Source: an uncultured Negativibacillus sp. (GTDB taxonomy: Bacteria; Bacillota; Clostridia; Oscillospirales; Ruminococcaceae). Taken from it: a stretch of DNA of 64,000 nt. The DNA is taken from positions 24,776 through 88,775 of the forward strand of contig NZ_CALXIN010000001.1 in the NCBI RefSeq assembly GCF_944388365.1, written 5' to 3'. The notes beneath the pieces were generated by a model. That model was given only the letters and a program-made list of their open reading frames with translations, had not been told where the DNA came from and searched no databases. Below are positions 19,298 through 29,305 of this stretch, piece after piece. The stretch's first letter is position 1; each line of letters opens with the position of its first letter. A program made the translations under genes and the position numbers.

Positions 19298-21883
19298 ATG
19301 AACAAAATGAATACATCGGGTGAAAACCTGATTTTAAAAGACATCGAAGATGAGATGAAGGAAGCTTATCGAGACTATGCGATGTCTGTTATTACAGCAA
19401 GAGCACTGCCGGATGTGCGCGATGGACTCAAACCGGTTCATCGCCGTATCCTGTACACCATGTATGAAAATGGACTGTATCCGGAAAAGGCATTTCGTAA
19501 GTGTGCGGACACGGTCGGAAGCGTACTGGGTCAGTATCATCCACATGGTGATGCTTCGGTCTATGATGCGCTGGTTCGTCTGGCGCAGGACTTTTCTCTG
19601 CGCTATCCGCTGGTACATGGTCACGGTAACTTCGGTTCGGTCGATGGTGACCCACCGGCTGCTTACCGATACACCGAGTCGAAGATGAGCAAAATCTCGA
19701 TGAATATGCTCACCGACATCGACAAAGAAACGGTCGATTTTGCTCCAAACTACGATGACCGTAAGCAGGAACCAACCGTTTTGCCAAGCCGCTTTCCAAA
19801 CCTGCTGGTCAACGGTTCGACCGGTATTGCGGTCGGTATGGCGACCAATATCCCGCCGCATAACCTCGGCGAGGTCATCGACGGCGTCTGCTGCCTGATC
19901 GACAATCCGGATGCAGGTCTGGATCAACTGATGGAGCATATCAAAGGTCCGGATTTCCCGACCGGCGGCATCATCATGGGACGCTCGGGTATTCGTGCAG
20001 CCTATGGAACCGGCCGCGGCAAAATCCTCCTGCGCGCAAAAACACACATTGAGGAATTTAAAAACGGCCGTGAGCGCATCATCGTCACCGAAATTCCTTA
20101 CATGGTCAATAAGGCAAGGTTGATTGAGCGCATTGCGGATCTGGTCAAGGAGAAGAAGATCGACCAGATTAGCTATATCCGCGATGAATCCAACCGCAAA
20201 GGTATGCGCATTGTTATCGAACTCAAACGCGATGCCAATGCACAGATCGTTCTCAATCAGCTGTACAGCTATACCCAGATGCAGGACACCGTCGGCGTCA
20301 TCATGCTGGCGCTGGTCAATGGCGAGCCAAAGACCCTGACCCTCAAACAGATGCTTCAGGAATATATCAAGTTCCAGGAGCAGGTCATCACCCGCAGAAC
20401 CATCTTCGACCTGAAAAAGGCCAAGGAACGCGCTCATATCCTCGAAGGATTGCTCACAGCGCTCGATTATATCGACGAAGTGATCTCGATTATCCGCTCG
20501 CATTACACCGTTCAGGAAGGCAAGGCTGCTTTGATGGAGCGCTTTGGTCTGGATGATGTACAGGCACAGGCGATTGTCCAGATGCCGCTGGGAAGACTGG
20601 CAGGACTGGAAAGAGAGAAGATTCAGACAGAGGTAGACGAACTGCACGCAAAGATTGCAGAATATAACGCCATCCTGGCAGATGAGCATAAGGTGCTGGC
20701 GATTGTCAAAGAGGAACTTTTGCAGATCAAAGAGAAATACAGCGACCCACGCAGAACCGAACTGGCAGCACTGGAAGGTGAAGTGGACATCGAGGACCTG
20801 ATTCCAGAGGAATCCTGTGTTGTTACCCTGACCCACTTTGGCTACCTCAAACGTCAGCCTCTGGATGTCTATAAGACCCAGCGGCGCGGCGGCCGTGGTA
20901 TCAGCGGCATGACCCGCCGTGACGAAGACTTTGTCAGCGATATTTATATCTGTTCGACCCACGATTATCTGATGTTCTTCACCAACAAAGGCAAGGTTTA
21001 CCGCATCAAGGGATATGAGATTCCTGAAGGTTCCCGCGTTTCCCGCGGCACCAATGTGGTCAATATTCTGCCATTGGAGCAGGAAGAAAAGATCACCTGC
21101 GTCATCAAGACCTCGGATATTTCCGCAGAGGATAAATACTATGTCATGGTTACCCGCAAGGGAATCGTCAAGAGAACCGAATATAATGCATATATCAATG
21201 TCCGCAAGAGCGGCCTGATTGCGATTAACCTCGACGAAGGCGACGAGCTGGCCTGGGTGAAGATCACCAGCGGTAAAGATCAGATCATTCTGGCAACCCG
21301 CAACGGTATGAGCATCCGATTCAACGAAGAAGATGCCCGCTCGATGGGAAGAACTGCCCGCGGCGTCAAAGCCATCACACTGGATGAAGGCGATGAAGTT
21401 GTCGGCATGATTGTCGCAGATCAGAACAAGGATGTATTGACCGTATCTCAGTCGGGTCTGGGACGCCGCACCAATGTGGAGGAATATCGTCTGCAGACCA
21501 GAGGCGGAAAGGGTCTGCGCAACTACTACTGCGATAAGAACGGTCCTGTTGCCGGCTTTGACAATGTGGACGACAACACCGATATTATGCTGATTACCGA
21601 CAGCGGTGTCATCATCCGTATTCCAGCGGATCAGATCTCCAAACAGTCGCGCTATGCCGGCGGTGTCAAGGTAATGCGCGTCGACGATCAGACCAGCATC
21701 ATCGGTATTGCAACAGCAGAAAAAGAGGATGAGTCGGAGCAAACCCTTTCGTCGGAGACAGAAATATCCAACGAGGAATCCGTGACCACCCATTCACTGC
21801 CGCAGCCGGATGCAGGCAAGGAGGAAGAGCAAATCTCCCGCCTGTTGGAAGCAGCTACCGGTAAAGATCCTGACGAGGAATAG
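19298..21883 (+). CDS. gyrA: DNA gyrase subunit A
   Basis: '[20 protein letters not shown]', '[19 protein letters not shown]', active-site region '[10 protein letters not shown]'. C-terminal beta-pinwheel repeats and an acidic tail. Confidence 0.97.
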   Translation: MNKMNTSGENLILKDIEDEMKEAYRDYAMSVITARALPDVRDGLKPVHRRILYTMYENGLYPEKAFRKCADTVGSVLGQYHPHGDASVYDALVRLAQDFSLRYPLVHGHGNFGSVDGDPPAAYRYTESKMSKISMNMLTDIDKETVDFAPNYDDRKQEPTVLPSRFPNLLVNGSTGIAVGMATNIPPHNLGEVIDGVCCLIDNPDAGLDQLMEHIKGPDFPTGGIIMGRSGIRAAYGTGRGKILLRAKTHIEEFKNGRERIIVTEIPYMVNKARLIERIADLVKEKKIDQISYIRDESNRKGMRIVIELKRDANAQIVLNQLYSYTQMQDTVGVIMLALVNGEPKTLTLKQMLQEYIKFQEQVITRRTIFDLKKAKERAHILEGLLTALDYIDEVISIIRSHYTVQEGKAALMERFGLDDVQAQAIVQMPLGRLAGLEREKIQTEVDELHAKIAEYNAILADEHKVLAIVKEELLQIKEKYSDPRRTELAALEGEVDIEDLIPEESCVVTLTHFGYLKRQPLDVYKTQRRGGRGISGMTRRDEDFVSDIYICSTHDYLMFFTNKGKVYRIKGYEIPEGSRVSRGTNVVNILPLEQEEKITCVIKTSDISAEDKYYVMVTRKGIVKRTEYNAYINVRKSGLIAINLDEGDELAWVKITSGKDQIILATRNGMSIRFNEEDARSMGRTARGVKAITLDEGDEVVGMIVADQNKDVLTVSQSGLGRRTNVEEYRLQTRGGKGLRNYYCDKNGPVAGFDNVDDNTDIMLITDSGVIIRIPADQISKQSRYAGGVKVMRVDDQTSIIGIATAEKEDESEQTLSSETEISNEESVTTHSLPQPDAGKEEEQISRLLEAATGKDPDEE

Positions 21884-21944
21884 ACGGAAGTTTTTCTGCA
21901 TACATCTGTTGGAGGACAGAAACGTAGGAAAGGAAGCGGACAGT

Positions 21945-22448
21945 ATGAAAATAGCAATTATCATCTATAGCGAAAGCGGACGTACACAGCAGGCTGCCGA
22001 ATTGATCGGTAAAGGCATTGAACAGGTGGAAGGCTGCGAGTATCGCATCATGAACGTTGACCCGCAGGCAGGCAAACCGGTGGATAACGATTATATCCAC
22101 CAGGCAGATGCTGTCATCTTTGGAACACCGACCTACTATGCCAATATCTGCTGGCAGCTGAAAAAGTTTATCGACGAAACCGATGCCAGCTTTGCCGGTA
22201 AACTGGGTGCTGTGTTTGCTACCGCAAATGCACTGGGCGGCGGTTCTGAAACAGCAATGCTGACCCTGATTAACCAGATTCTCGTCAAGGGTATGCTGGT
22301 TTATTCAGGAGGAACTTCGCTGGGTAAACCAAATACCCATCTGGGAGTTACCAGCATCAAAGAGGTGCCGATGGAGCAGCAGGAAGAAAAGATGGTCATT
22401 TTCGGAACCCGCATTGCACAAAAAGCAAAGGAACTGTTCGAAAAATAA
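21945..22448 (+). CDS. Flavodoxin/WrbA-like FMN protein
   Basis: 'MKIAIIIYSESGRTQQAAE...DAVIFGTPTYYANICWQLKKFID'. Confidence 0.75.
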   Translation: MKIAIIIYSESGRTQQAAELIGKGIEQVEGCEYRIMNVDPQAGKPVDNDYIHQADAVIFGTPTYYANICWQLKKFIDETDASFAGKLGAVFATANALGGGSETAMLTLINQILVKGMLVYSGGTSLGKPNTHLGVTSIKEVPMEQQEEKMVIFGTRIAQKAKELFEK

Positions 22449-22452
22449 GCAT

Positions 22453-22489
22453 AAAAAAAGAGGGACGGATCATCCGTCCCTCTTTTTTT
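22453..22489. terminator. Bidirectional terminator
   Basis: aaaaaaagagggacgg-atca-tccgtccctcttttttt. Confidence 0.8.
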
Positions 22490-22495
22490 ATGCTT

Positions 22496-23209
22496 TTAGT
22501 GCCCTTTTGGCAGAGTATTTAAACGATCATGTTCGATGGTCAGATCGGCGTGCAGCAGCTTCAGGAATAAATAGGACATTGGAATCAGTGCAAACCAGAT
22601 CGCACGTCCTCCCAGCCAGTTGCAAAGTACAGTGCCGATGACACCACCTAATACAAACATTCCCAACATTCTCAGATGGCGCAGAGAGCGTTTGAGAAAA
22701 GTGACATCCTTCTGCGAGATAAACTTGTGGAGATGGATACCTACCTGCCGCACGTGGTTGGTACAGAAGGTGGTCGCCATTGGAATTCCCTCTGCTTGGC
22801 GGAAGGTGTTGTACTGCATCGAGCAGATAAAGTTGGTGGCAACCTGAGAAATCTGATAAGGAGCTGAATCGGGAATAAAGCCCAAGATGATAATAAAAAT
22901 CAGTTCAATAGCAATCAGCACCGTTTCCCATCGCAGAAAATAGACGTGGGTCAATTTGACCGAGATGGCTTCGGAAACAAAAGCCCCCATCATATATGCA
23001 GTCATCGGAATCAGGAAATAGGCAGCTCCGAGCCAGTTTCCCTGTCCAATCTCGATAGCACACAGCACAAAGTTGGAGGTCTGTGCATTACAAAAAACGC
23101 CGCCGCGCAGCAGAAAGGTGAACACTCCATAAAAACCACCGACAAAAATCAGCAGTGCAAAGACCCAATGATGTTCGCATTCCAGATACTCTTGTTTCTT
23201 TGATTCCAT
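22496..23209 (-). CDS. YoaK/DUF1275-family membrane protein
   Basis: Polytopic. 'FVGGFYGVFTFLLRGGVFCNAQTSNFV'. ATG at 23209 with a GGAGGG RBS. Confidence 0.65.
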   Translation of the reverse strand: MESKKQEYLECEHHWVFALLIFVGGFYGVFTFLLRGGVFCNAQTSNFVLCAIEIGQGNWLGAAYFLIPMTAYMMGAFVSEAISVKLTHVYFLRWETVLIAIELIFIIILGFIPDSAPYQISQVATNFICSMQYNTFRQAEGIPMATTFCTNHVRQVGIHLHKFISQKDVTFLKRSLRHLRMLGMFVLGGVIGTVLCNWLGGRAIWFALIPMSYLFLKLLHADLTIEHDRLNTLPKGH

Positions 23210-23348
23210 AGAAGCCCTCCTTTTCTGATTGTCATGCGGACTATTGTGTATTATACTACTATTATACCATTTTTCAAATACATATTTTTGCTCAAGTCCA
23301 TGCTTTTTTGATATGGACATTATGGAAGATCACAGGAGGCAGCGAACA

Positions 23349-24245
23349 ATGGGAATCAATTTTGAGCTGTATAAGACCTTTTACTATGTGGCACGATACC
23401 GCAATATTACCCATGCAGCAAAGGCGCTGTTTCAGACGCAGCCGACAGTCAGCCGCTGTATTGCCCAGCTGGAAGCACAACTGGGATGTACCCTGTTTAT
23501 ACGTTCCCAAAAGGGTGTTTCGCTGACGCCGGAGGCAGAGGTACTGTATCGCCATGTGGCGACAGCCTGTGAGGAAATCTTCACAGCAGAGCAGCAGATG
23601 AATAAGCGCAAAAACCTGCAGGAAGGTCTGGTGCGCATCGGCGCCAGTGAGATGACGTTGCACCATGGTTTGCTTCATTTTCTTGGCTCCTTTCGGGAGT
23701 GTTATCCAGAAATTCGGCTTCAGATTTCCAGCTTTACCACGCCATCCGCCATTCAGGCGCTCAAAAAGGAGGAGATTGACCTGGCAGTCGTCATCTCTCC
23801 TTATCCGCAAAGTGAGGAATTTCATGTACAGCTCCTTTCCAGCTTTCAGGACATAGCCGTTGCAGGCAAAGGATTTTCCAAGCTGTGCGGTCGTACGCTG
23901 CATCTGCGGGATTTAAATAATTACCCTTTGATTTGTCTGCAGTCAGGAACAGGAACACGACAGCATCTGGAGAGCTTTTTTGAACAGCATGGACAGGTGC
24001 TGCGTCCAGATATCGAACTGCCTACCACCGATCTGATCGTTCCTCTGGTAGAACAGAATTTGGGAATCGGCATTGTGCCGGAAAATTTTGCAGCACATGC
24101 GTTGGAACAGCAATCTATCTTTTCTCTTCGCCTGCGCACACCATTTCCTTTCCGACAGATTGGTGTGGTTACCTGTCTATCGCATCCGCTTTCGTTGGCG
24201 GCACAGCAATTTTTGAAAATGTTGGTGGAAAAAGGCGACTTTTAA
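23349..24245 (+). CDS. LysR-family transcriptional regulator
   Basis: N-terminal HTH 'YKTFYYVARYRNITHAAKALFQTQPTVSRCIAQLEAQLG'. AGGAGG lies 8 nt upstream of the ATG at 23349. Confidence 0.88.
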   Translation: MGINFELYKTFYYVARYRNITHAAKALFQTQPTVSRCIAQLEAQLGCTLFIRSQKGVSLTPEAEVLYRHVATACEEIFTAEQQMNKRKNLQEGLVRIGASEMTLHHGLLHFLGSFRECYPEIRLQISSFTTPSAIQALKKEEIDLAVVISPYPQSEEFHVQLLSSFQDIAVAGKGFSKLCGRTLHLRDLNNYPLICLQSGTGTRQHLESFFEQHGQVLRPDIELPTTDLIVPLVEQNLGIGIVPENFAAHALEQQSIFSLRLRTPFPFRQIGVVTCLSHPLSLAAQQFLKMLVEKGDF

Positions 24246-24379
24246 AACGGTAAAATACGTATTTAGTAGAGTTTTTAATTTGGACATTATTTTTTCGTAA
24301 AATAGACATGGAGTACTGCTATAATCAAGTTATACAAAATCGTTCGAATGATTTTACATTGTGAAAGGACGGATTTATT

Positions 24380-25180
24380 ATGAAACTTTGCGAAAATAAA
24401 ATTGCGCTGGTTACCTCGGCTACCCGCGGCATTGGACTTGCCTGTGCAAAGAAGCTGGCAGAAAACGGTGCAAAGGTATATCTTGCTGTGCGCAGACTGG
24501 ATGCCGGCCAGAAAGTAGCGGATGAAATCATTGCAGAAGGCGGACAGGCAGGTGTCGTTTACTTCGATGCAGACAAGGAGGAGACATTTGCATCGATGGT
24601 GGATGAGGTCGTCGCCAAGGAAGGCAGAATCGACATCCTGGTCAATAACTATGGTGCTACCGATGTGAAGGTTGACTTTGACCTGGTCAACGGCGACACC
24701 GACGGTTTCTTCCGCATTGTAGAAAACAACCTCAAGAGCGTTTATATCCCATGTAAACAGGCCGTTAAGTCGATGATCAAAACCGGCGGCGGCTCGATCG
24801 TCAACATCTCTTCGGTCGGTGGTAAATATCCTGATCTGTCCAGAATGGCATACGGCATTTCCAAATCTGCCATCAACTATCTGACCCAGAATATTGCGGT
24901 TCAGTATGCAAGACAGGGCGTACGCTGCAACGCTGTTATGCCTGGTTTTATTGCGACCGATGCCGCAATGCAGAATATGTCCGAGGACTTCCTGAAAATG
25001 TTCCTGAAGAATGTACCGCTCAATCGCCCAGGACAGCCGGAAGATATTGCAAATGCCGTGCTGTTCTTTGCAAGTGATATGTCCTCCTTTGTCACCGGTG
25101 AAACGATGCCGGTTGCTGGTGGTTTTGGCCTGCCATCTCCGATGTATGCAATGTATCAGGACATGAAGAGCAAAGGTTAA
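24380..25180 (+). CDS. SDR-family oxidoreductase resembling clostridial NADP-dependent 7-alpha-hydroxysteroid dehydrogenases
   Basis: 'IALVTSATRGIGLACA', 'ILVNNYG', 'NISS', 'YGISKSAIN', 'PLNRPGQPEDIANAVLFFASD'. The S-x-T-R-G-I-G cofactor loop and overall colinearity match my recollection of clostridial 7alpha-HSDH. No alignment was run. Confidence 0.85.
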   Translation: MKLCENKIALVTSATRGIGLACAKKLAENGAKVYLAVRRLDAGQKVADEIIAEGGQAGVVYFDADKEETFASMVDEVVAKEGRIDILVNNYGATDVKVDFDLVNGDTDGFFRIVENNLKSVYIPCKQAVKSMIKTGGGSIVNISSVGGKYPDLSRMAYGISKSAINYLTQNIAVQYARQGVRCNAVMPGFIATDAAMQNMSEDFLKMFLKNVPLNRPGQPEDIANAVLFFASDMSSFVTGETMPVAGGFGLPSPMYAMYQDMKSKG

Positions 25181-25196
25181 TCCCAAAAATGACGAT

Positions 25197-25226
25197 AAAA
25201 AAGGACGCCGTTTCGGCGTCCTTTTT
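25197..25226. terminator. Bidirectional terminator
   Basis: aaaaaaggacgcc-gtttc-ggcgtccttttt. Confidence 0.8.
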
Positions 25227-25235
25227 GTTGTGTTG

Positions 25236-25469
25236 TTATTCCTTTGCAGTACATTTGATGCCATAGTTTCCCCGACTGCCAGGCTCATACTCTCTGGAGA
25301 TTTCGTATTTTTGGCCGTTGATTTCGACCTCATCCTCTGCGGTAAAGGTACAGGAATCCCCGTTTTGCTCGCAGTATTTGGAGATGGCATCCATCGTTTT
25401 GACTAGATCGGGATAGACGCTACTGTCCTCATAAGGAACCCAGAATGCTTTCCGAAACAGTTTCAGCAT
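25236..25469 (-). CDS. Small hypothetical protein (77 aa)
   Basis: ORF bracketed by a terminator and an upstream GGAGG RBS. No recognisable motif. Confidence 0.45.
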   Translation of the reverse strand: MLKLFRKAFWVPYEDSSVYPDLVKTMDAISKYCEQNGDSCTFTAEDEVEINGQKYEISREYEPGSRGNYGIKCTAKE

Positions 25470-25592
25470 AAGAAAACCTCCTTTAGACCAAATCGACCAG
25501 TGAAAACGAAGGGCTTATCTTTATGATATTCGGGAGAGGGGCTTTTTTCAAGAGAATAAAGCACTGAAAGTCACAGCTGGATTTCGACATCT

Positions 25593-26093
25593 TTACAGAG
25601 ACTTTTGATACAAAACCTCATCGGCACCAAAATGATTCTTCCGGTGCTCGGTCATGACAAATCCGTGCTTTTCGTAGAATCTGCGGGCGCGAATATTTTC
25701 TTCAAAAACCCACAGAATAACCTGCCGGTATCCGGCAGACTTTATTTTTTCCAGCAGAAATTCCATCATTGTTGAACCGTATCCCTTGCCCCAGTTGCCC
25801 TGAAGGCTGTGGATGCAGATCAGTTCTGCACTTTCAGGATAAAGGTCTGTCCGGCTCTTTCCCCAAAAGGCCATGCAGTGCGGATTTCCGTCGACAAAGA
25901 GGAGATAGCCCTCGGGAAGTTTCTGCTGCAGAACACGGGTGTACATATCAATTACTTTTTGCGGATTGGTGTCCTTTTCCAGCTCGTCTGCGGGAAGGAT
26001 GTTGGCAAAGGCAGTCTTCCAGGCCTCTGTTTGAATCTGTGCCAGGATCAATTCATCGCCGCAGACGGCAGGCCGTATCTGAATGTTGTTCAT
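25593..26093 (-). CDS. GNAT-family N-acetyltransferase
   Basis: 'IHSLQGNWGKGYGSTMMEFLLEKIKSAGY...FYEKHGF'. ATG at 26093. Confidence 0.75.
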   Translation of the reverse strand: MNNIQIRPAVCGDELILAQIQTEAWKTAFANILPADELEKDTNPQKVIDMYTRVLQQKLPEGYLLFVDGNPHCMAFWGKSRTDLYPESAELICIHSLQGNWGKGYGSTMMEFLLEKIKSAGYRQVILWVFEENIRARRFYEKHGFVMTEHRKNHFGADEVLYQKSL

Positions 26094-26110
26094 CGTGATC
26101 ACTCCTAATG

Positions 26111-26629
26111 TTAGTGTTCCATCCGACTGATTGCATTTTGAGCGCCAACCACATCTGCAATGTGGTCCAGAGAAAAGAAGGTGCCGTATCTTCTGCCGTG
26201 GCTGTAACCTGTCTCCCAAAACAGAATTGTGCCGGTTCCGTCGCGGTGATGCTGGATATTCATAGGCGGCAGATCAGCGGACCGGTAGATTTTCACCTTG
26301 CTTCCAGTGCGGATGATGAGTTTTTTGTTGGTGATGATGTAATAAGTTTTCTTGCGCAGAAAGATTGTCTGCAAAAAGCGTCCGAACAGCAGATAGATTC
26401 CCACGCCGACAAAGGGAAGTCCCCAGAGTACCATAAAGAGGGAACCGGTGGTTCGGATGGCGGAAACTTCCCAGAACAGGGAAAAAGCCAGCCAAATCAG
26501 ACTGAAAGGAATCAGGGCGAGGTCTCTGCTGGTAAGAACAAGCCCTTTTTGAGGCGCACCCTCCCACAGGATATACTCGTTATCCATGATGTAGGGTTTG
26601 CAGAAATCATAGTTGTCCAAAGTTGTCAT
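26111..26629 (-). CDS. Membrane protein with bacterial PH-like domain
   Basis: Two TM helices ('LALIPFSLIWLAFSLFW', 'LFMVLWGLPFVGVGIYLLF'), then 'KKTYYIITNKKLIIRTG'. Confidence 0.55.
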   Translation of the reverse strand: MTTLDNYDFCKPYIMDNEYILWEGAPQKGLVLTSRDLALIPFSLIWLAFSLFWEVSAIRTTGSLFMVLWGLPFVGVGIYLLFGRFLQTIFLRKKTYYIITNKKLIIRTGSKVKIYRSADLPPMNIQHHRDGTGTILFWETGYSHGRRYGTFFSLDHIADVVGAQNAISRMEH

Positions 26630-26660
26630 GGGTATGTTAGGCCTCCTTACGGAAAACAGA

Positions 26661-27188
26661 TCAGCGAAGTTTCTTGGAAAGATACAGAATCAGATCATCG
26701 TCGTTGCAGCAGTTGGAATAAGGCTTGCAGATAACATCTCTGTACCAGACGCCGCTTCCGTCCGGCAGATAACCGCGCTTGATATATAGACGCTGTGCGC
26801 TGCCATATCCTGTGTGAAGACCCACACCAAGACAAACGGTATCAGCATATTCTCCGGCAATCTGTTCAGCAATATCCATGAGTTTTGTGCCAATACCTCG
26901 GCGGCGATATTTCTCCAGAACGCCGAAATCTACGATTTCTGGAATATTCTGACCTGCGAATGCACCTTGTCTTGCTTGAAAGTATACATTGATATAACCG
27001 GCAGCCTGTCCGCAATATTCCGCAGCAAGTGCGACTGCCTTGCCGTCCTGTTGATCCTTCAGGCGTTGAAGATACTTTTTAGGGCTGGCGTGAATCCAGC
27101 CCTGTGCGACCTCCTCTGCTGCGATAATATCAGCATCTTCCTGCGTCAGGGAGCGGATGGTGAGTTCTTTGTCCGAATAATAAATCAT
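26661..27188 (-). CDS. GNAT-family N-acetyltransferase
   Basis: 'VLEKYRRRGIGTKLMDIAEQIA...LYIKRGY'. Confidence 0.75.
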   Translation of the reverse strand: MIYYSDKELTIRSLTQEDADIIAAEEVAQGWIHASPKKYLQRLKDQQDGKAVALAAEYCGQAAGYINVYFQARQGAFAGQNIPEIVDFGVLEKYRRRGIGTKLMDIAEQIAGEYADTVCLGVGLHTGYGSAQRLYIKRGYLPDGSGVWYRDVICKPYSNCCNDDDLILYLSKKLR

Positions 27189-27191
27189 AAC

Positions 27192-27680
27192 TTATCCCCT
27201 GTCCTGCACGTGATATTCCAGATAAACCGATTCTCTGCCGTCCTCCACAAAGGATTCTTGTGCTGTAAACCCGTTTTTCTCCAGTACGCAGATCGAAGCG
27301 ATGTTATCTGCATAAGTAAAAGCACCGATACTTTGGAGTGAAAATCTTGGGATAATATCTTTTAGAAAGAGGGAAACTGCCTGCGAAGCAATTCCTTTTC
27401 CCCAGCACTCCTTTTCAAAGATACAGTAGCTGAGCATGGCATTGGGTGTTTCTTTGGGGTCGATGCAGTAACACCAGATGTCACCGACGTAGCGGCCGTC
27501 AGCGTAGATGGTTCTGCCGTAGCTGGAAGCGTTGGGCAGCAGGGTCTGTTCAAAGTTTGCCAGTGCCTGTTCCAGCGTCTCCACGCTTCTTGGAAGCATC
27601 CGGTCGATCTGAGCGTCCTGTGTTTGCTCAAAATAGATACGCACATGGTCGGCAGTGCGTTTTTGCAGTTCGATGTTCAT
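27192..27680 (-). CDS. GNAT-family N-acetyltransferase (RimJ/RimL-like)
   Basis: 'IFEKECWGKGIASQAVSLFLKDI...VLEKNGF'. Confidence 0.72.
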   Translation of the reverse strand: MNIELQKRTADHVRIYFEQTQDAQIDRMLPRSVETLEQALANFEQTLLPNASSYGRTIYADGRYVGDIWCYCIDPKETPNAMLSYCIFEKECWGKGIASQAVSLFLKDIIPRFSLQSIGAFTYADNIASICVLEKNGFTAQESFVEDGRESVYLEYHVQDRG

Positions 27681-27712
27681 TTTCTGCTTCCCTCCTCAGA
27701 AAAAAGGAGCGA

Positions 27713-29104
27713 TTATAATGCGTTGACCAGTTCTTTAAAGTGTCTGCCTCTTGCCTCAAAATCGGGATAGAGGTCAAAGCTGGCACAAGCAGGCGACAGC
27801 GAAACAATATCTCCTTTTTCGGCAACTTCTTTTGCCTTTTCGACCGCCTCCTGCATCGAAGAAACGTGCAGAATGGCCAGCTCCTTCGGGTCGTATCCTT
27901 CGCAGGAGGTGACGGCAGCTTCAATCTTTGGCGCAGTGACGCCCATCAGAATCAGCACCTTGACCTTCTCGATAATTTTTGGAGCAAGTGGTTCAAATGG
28001 GATCTTCTTGTCGTAGCCGCCTGCAATCAGGATTAGCTTCTGTTTAAACGAGTTGAGTCCGGCGATGGTTCGTGTTGGGCTGGATGCGATCGAATCGTTG
28101 TACCATTTAACGCCGTCCAGTTCACGGACAAACTCGATGCGGTGTTCCACACCCGCAAAGGTTTTGGCGACCGATACGATATTTTCTTTGGACACTTCGC
28201 CCCAGACAGCGCTGATCGCTGCCAGATAGTTCTCGACGTTGTGGATGCCAGGGATGCGGATTTCGTCCATGTGCAGCACAGGAGTGGTGCTGTGGCGGTC
28301 AGCCATGGTCAGCACACCGTCTTCGGACAGATAACATCCGAGGGCAGGAGTCATTTTGCGGCTGAACTGCATCGCTTCACCGCGGATTTCCGGCAGGAAG
28401 GAGGCGGTGATTTCGTTGTCAGCGTTGATGACAGTGCGGCTGATACCGCCCTGATGCAGATAGATGTTGCGTTTGGCGTCGATATATTCCTGCATATCCT
28501 TGTGGACATCCAGATGGTTTGGCGCAACATTGGTGACGACAGCCACATCGGGAGATTTTCTCATCGAGATGAGCTGGAAGCTGGACAGCTCGACCACAGC
28601 GCGGTCGTCCGGCCCGATCTGCTCAATTCTTGGAAGAAGCGGGAAGCCGATATTGCCGCCTAAAAATACCGAAAAGCCCTGTGCCTTTAAAAACTCTGCA
28701 ATGACCGAGGTGGTTGTTGTTTTGCCGTCCGAACCGGTGACCGCATAGATTTTGCAGGGACAAAGGTCGAAGAACAGCTCCATCTCGCTGGTGACAGCGA
28801 CGCCGCTCTCCTTTGCCTGCTGGAGAGCAAGAGTAAAGTAGTTCATGCCAGGGGTGCGCAGGATGATGTCCTCCTCACACAGGCCGTCCAAATAGTGTTC
28901 TCCCAGAGTGAGCTGGATGCCCATGGCTTCGAGTTTGTCCGCTTCCTCTCCGATCTGTTCGCGGGTGCGTTTGTCGCGCAGGGTGACCTTTGCTCCTTTG
29001 GAGGCAAACATCGGCAGCAGTTCGCGGTGGCTGCGTCCAAGGCCGATAAAGGATACTTTTTTGTTATGTAAGCTCTTGTAAAAAGAGTTCAGTTTGTCGT
29101 TCAT
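27713..29104 (-). CDS. murD: UDP-N-acetylmuramoylalanine--D-glutamate ligase
   Basis: 'IYAVTGSDGKTTTTSVIAEFL', 'NHLDVH', and a C-terminal Mur ligase domain. ATG at 29104 with a GAGGAG RBS. Confidence 0.88.
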   Translation of the reverse strand: MNDKLNSFYKSLHNKKVSFIGLGRSHRELLPMFASKGAKVTLRDKRTREQIGEEADKLEAMGIQLTLGEHYLDGLCEEDIILRTPGMNYFTLALQQAKESGVAVTSEMELFFDLCPCKIYAVTGSDGKTTTTSVIAEFLKAQGFSVFLGGNIGFPLLPRIEQIGPDDRAVVELSSFQLISMRKSPDVAVVTNVAPNHLDVHKDMQEYIDAKRNIYLHQGGISRTVINADNEITASFLPEIRGEAMQFSRKMTPALGCYLSEDGVLTMADRHSTTPVLHMDEIRIPGIHNVENYLAAISAVWGEVSKENIVSVAKTFAGVEHRIEFVRELDGVKWYNDSIASSPTRTIAGLNSFKQKLILIAGGYDKKIPFEPLAPKIIEKVKVLILMGVTAPKIEAAVTSCEGYDPKELAILHVSSMQEAVEKAKEVAEKGDIVSLSPACASFDLYPDFEARGRHFKELVNAL

Positions 29105-29252
29105 CGTTGATCTCTCCTCTGACAAAATTTGTAAATTACAGGGATGGTTTCATTATACTCCCAAAGAGGTGGGATGTCGAGCGAGAACGGTCGTTTTTTT
29201 GATGAAATACCAAGCAGAAGATAGAAAAAATAATAAACAATATTTATTTTAG

Positions 29253-29281
29253 TTGACATAAATAATAAACGTAAATATAAT
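29253..29281 (+). promoter_or_regulatory. Sigma-A-type promoter
   Basis: TTGACA, 17 nt, TATAAT, all consensus. AATAATAAAC occurs twice around the -35 element. Confidence 0.6.
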
Positions 29282-29305
29282 TAGTTTATAAAGGAGGGAA
29301 AGACG

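Noticed and set aside
19334-21793. Very long antisense ORFs opposite real genes. Examples are 819 aa opposite gyrA, 653 aa opposite gyrB (15915-17876), 584 aa opposite thrS (38055-39809), 552 aa opposite rny (34874-36532) and 539 aa opposite the fusion gene (41449-43068). Others lie opposite thiI, nifS, oppA-like, glnN, rsmA and the SDR.
   Set aside because: For gyrA, gyrB and thrS I checked the phases. The antisense codons are exactly complementary to the sense codons, so an antisense stop needs a sense TTA, CTA or TCA. These are mirror ORFs, produced because those three codons are avoided in well-expressed genes. Their translations are low-complexity, carry no motifs and have no RBS, while the sense strand encodes unmistakable proteins.
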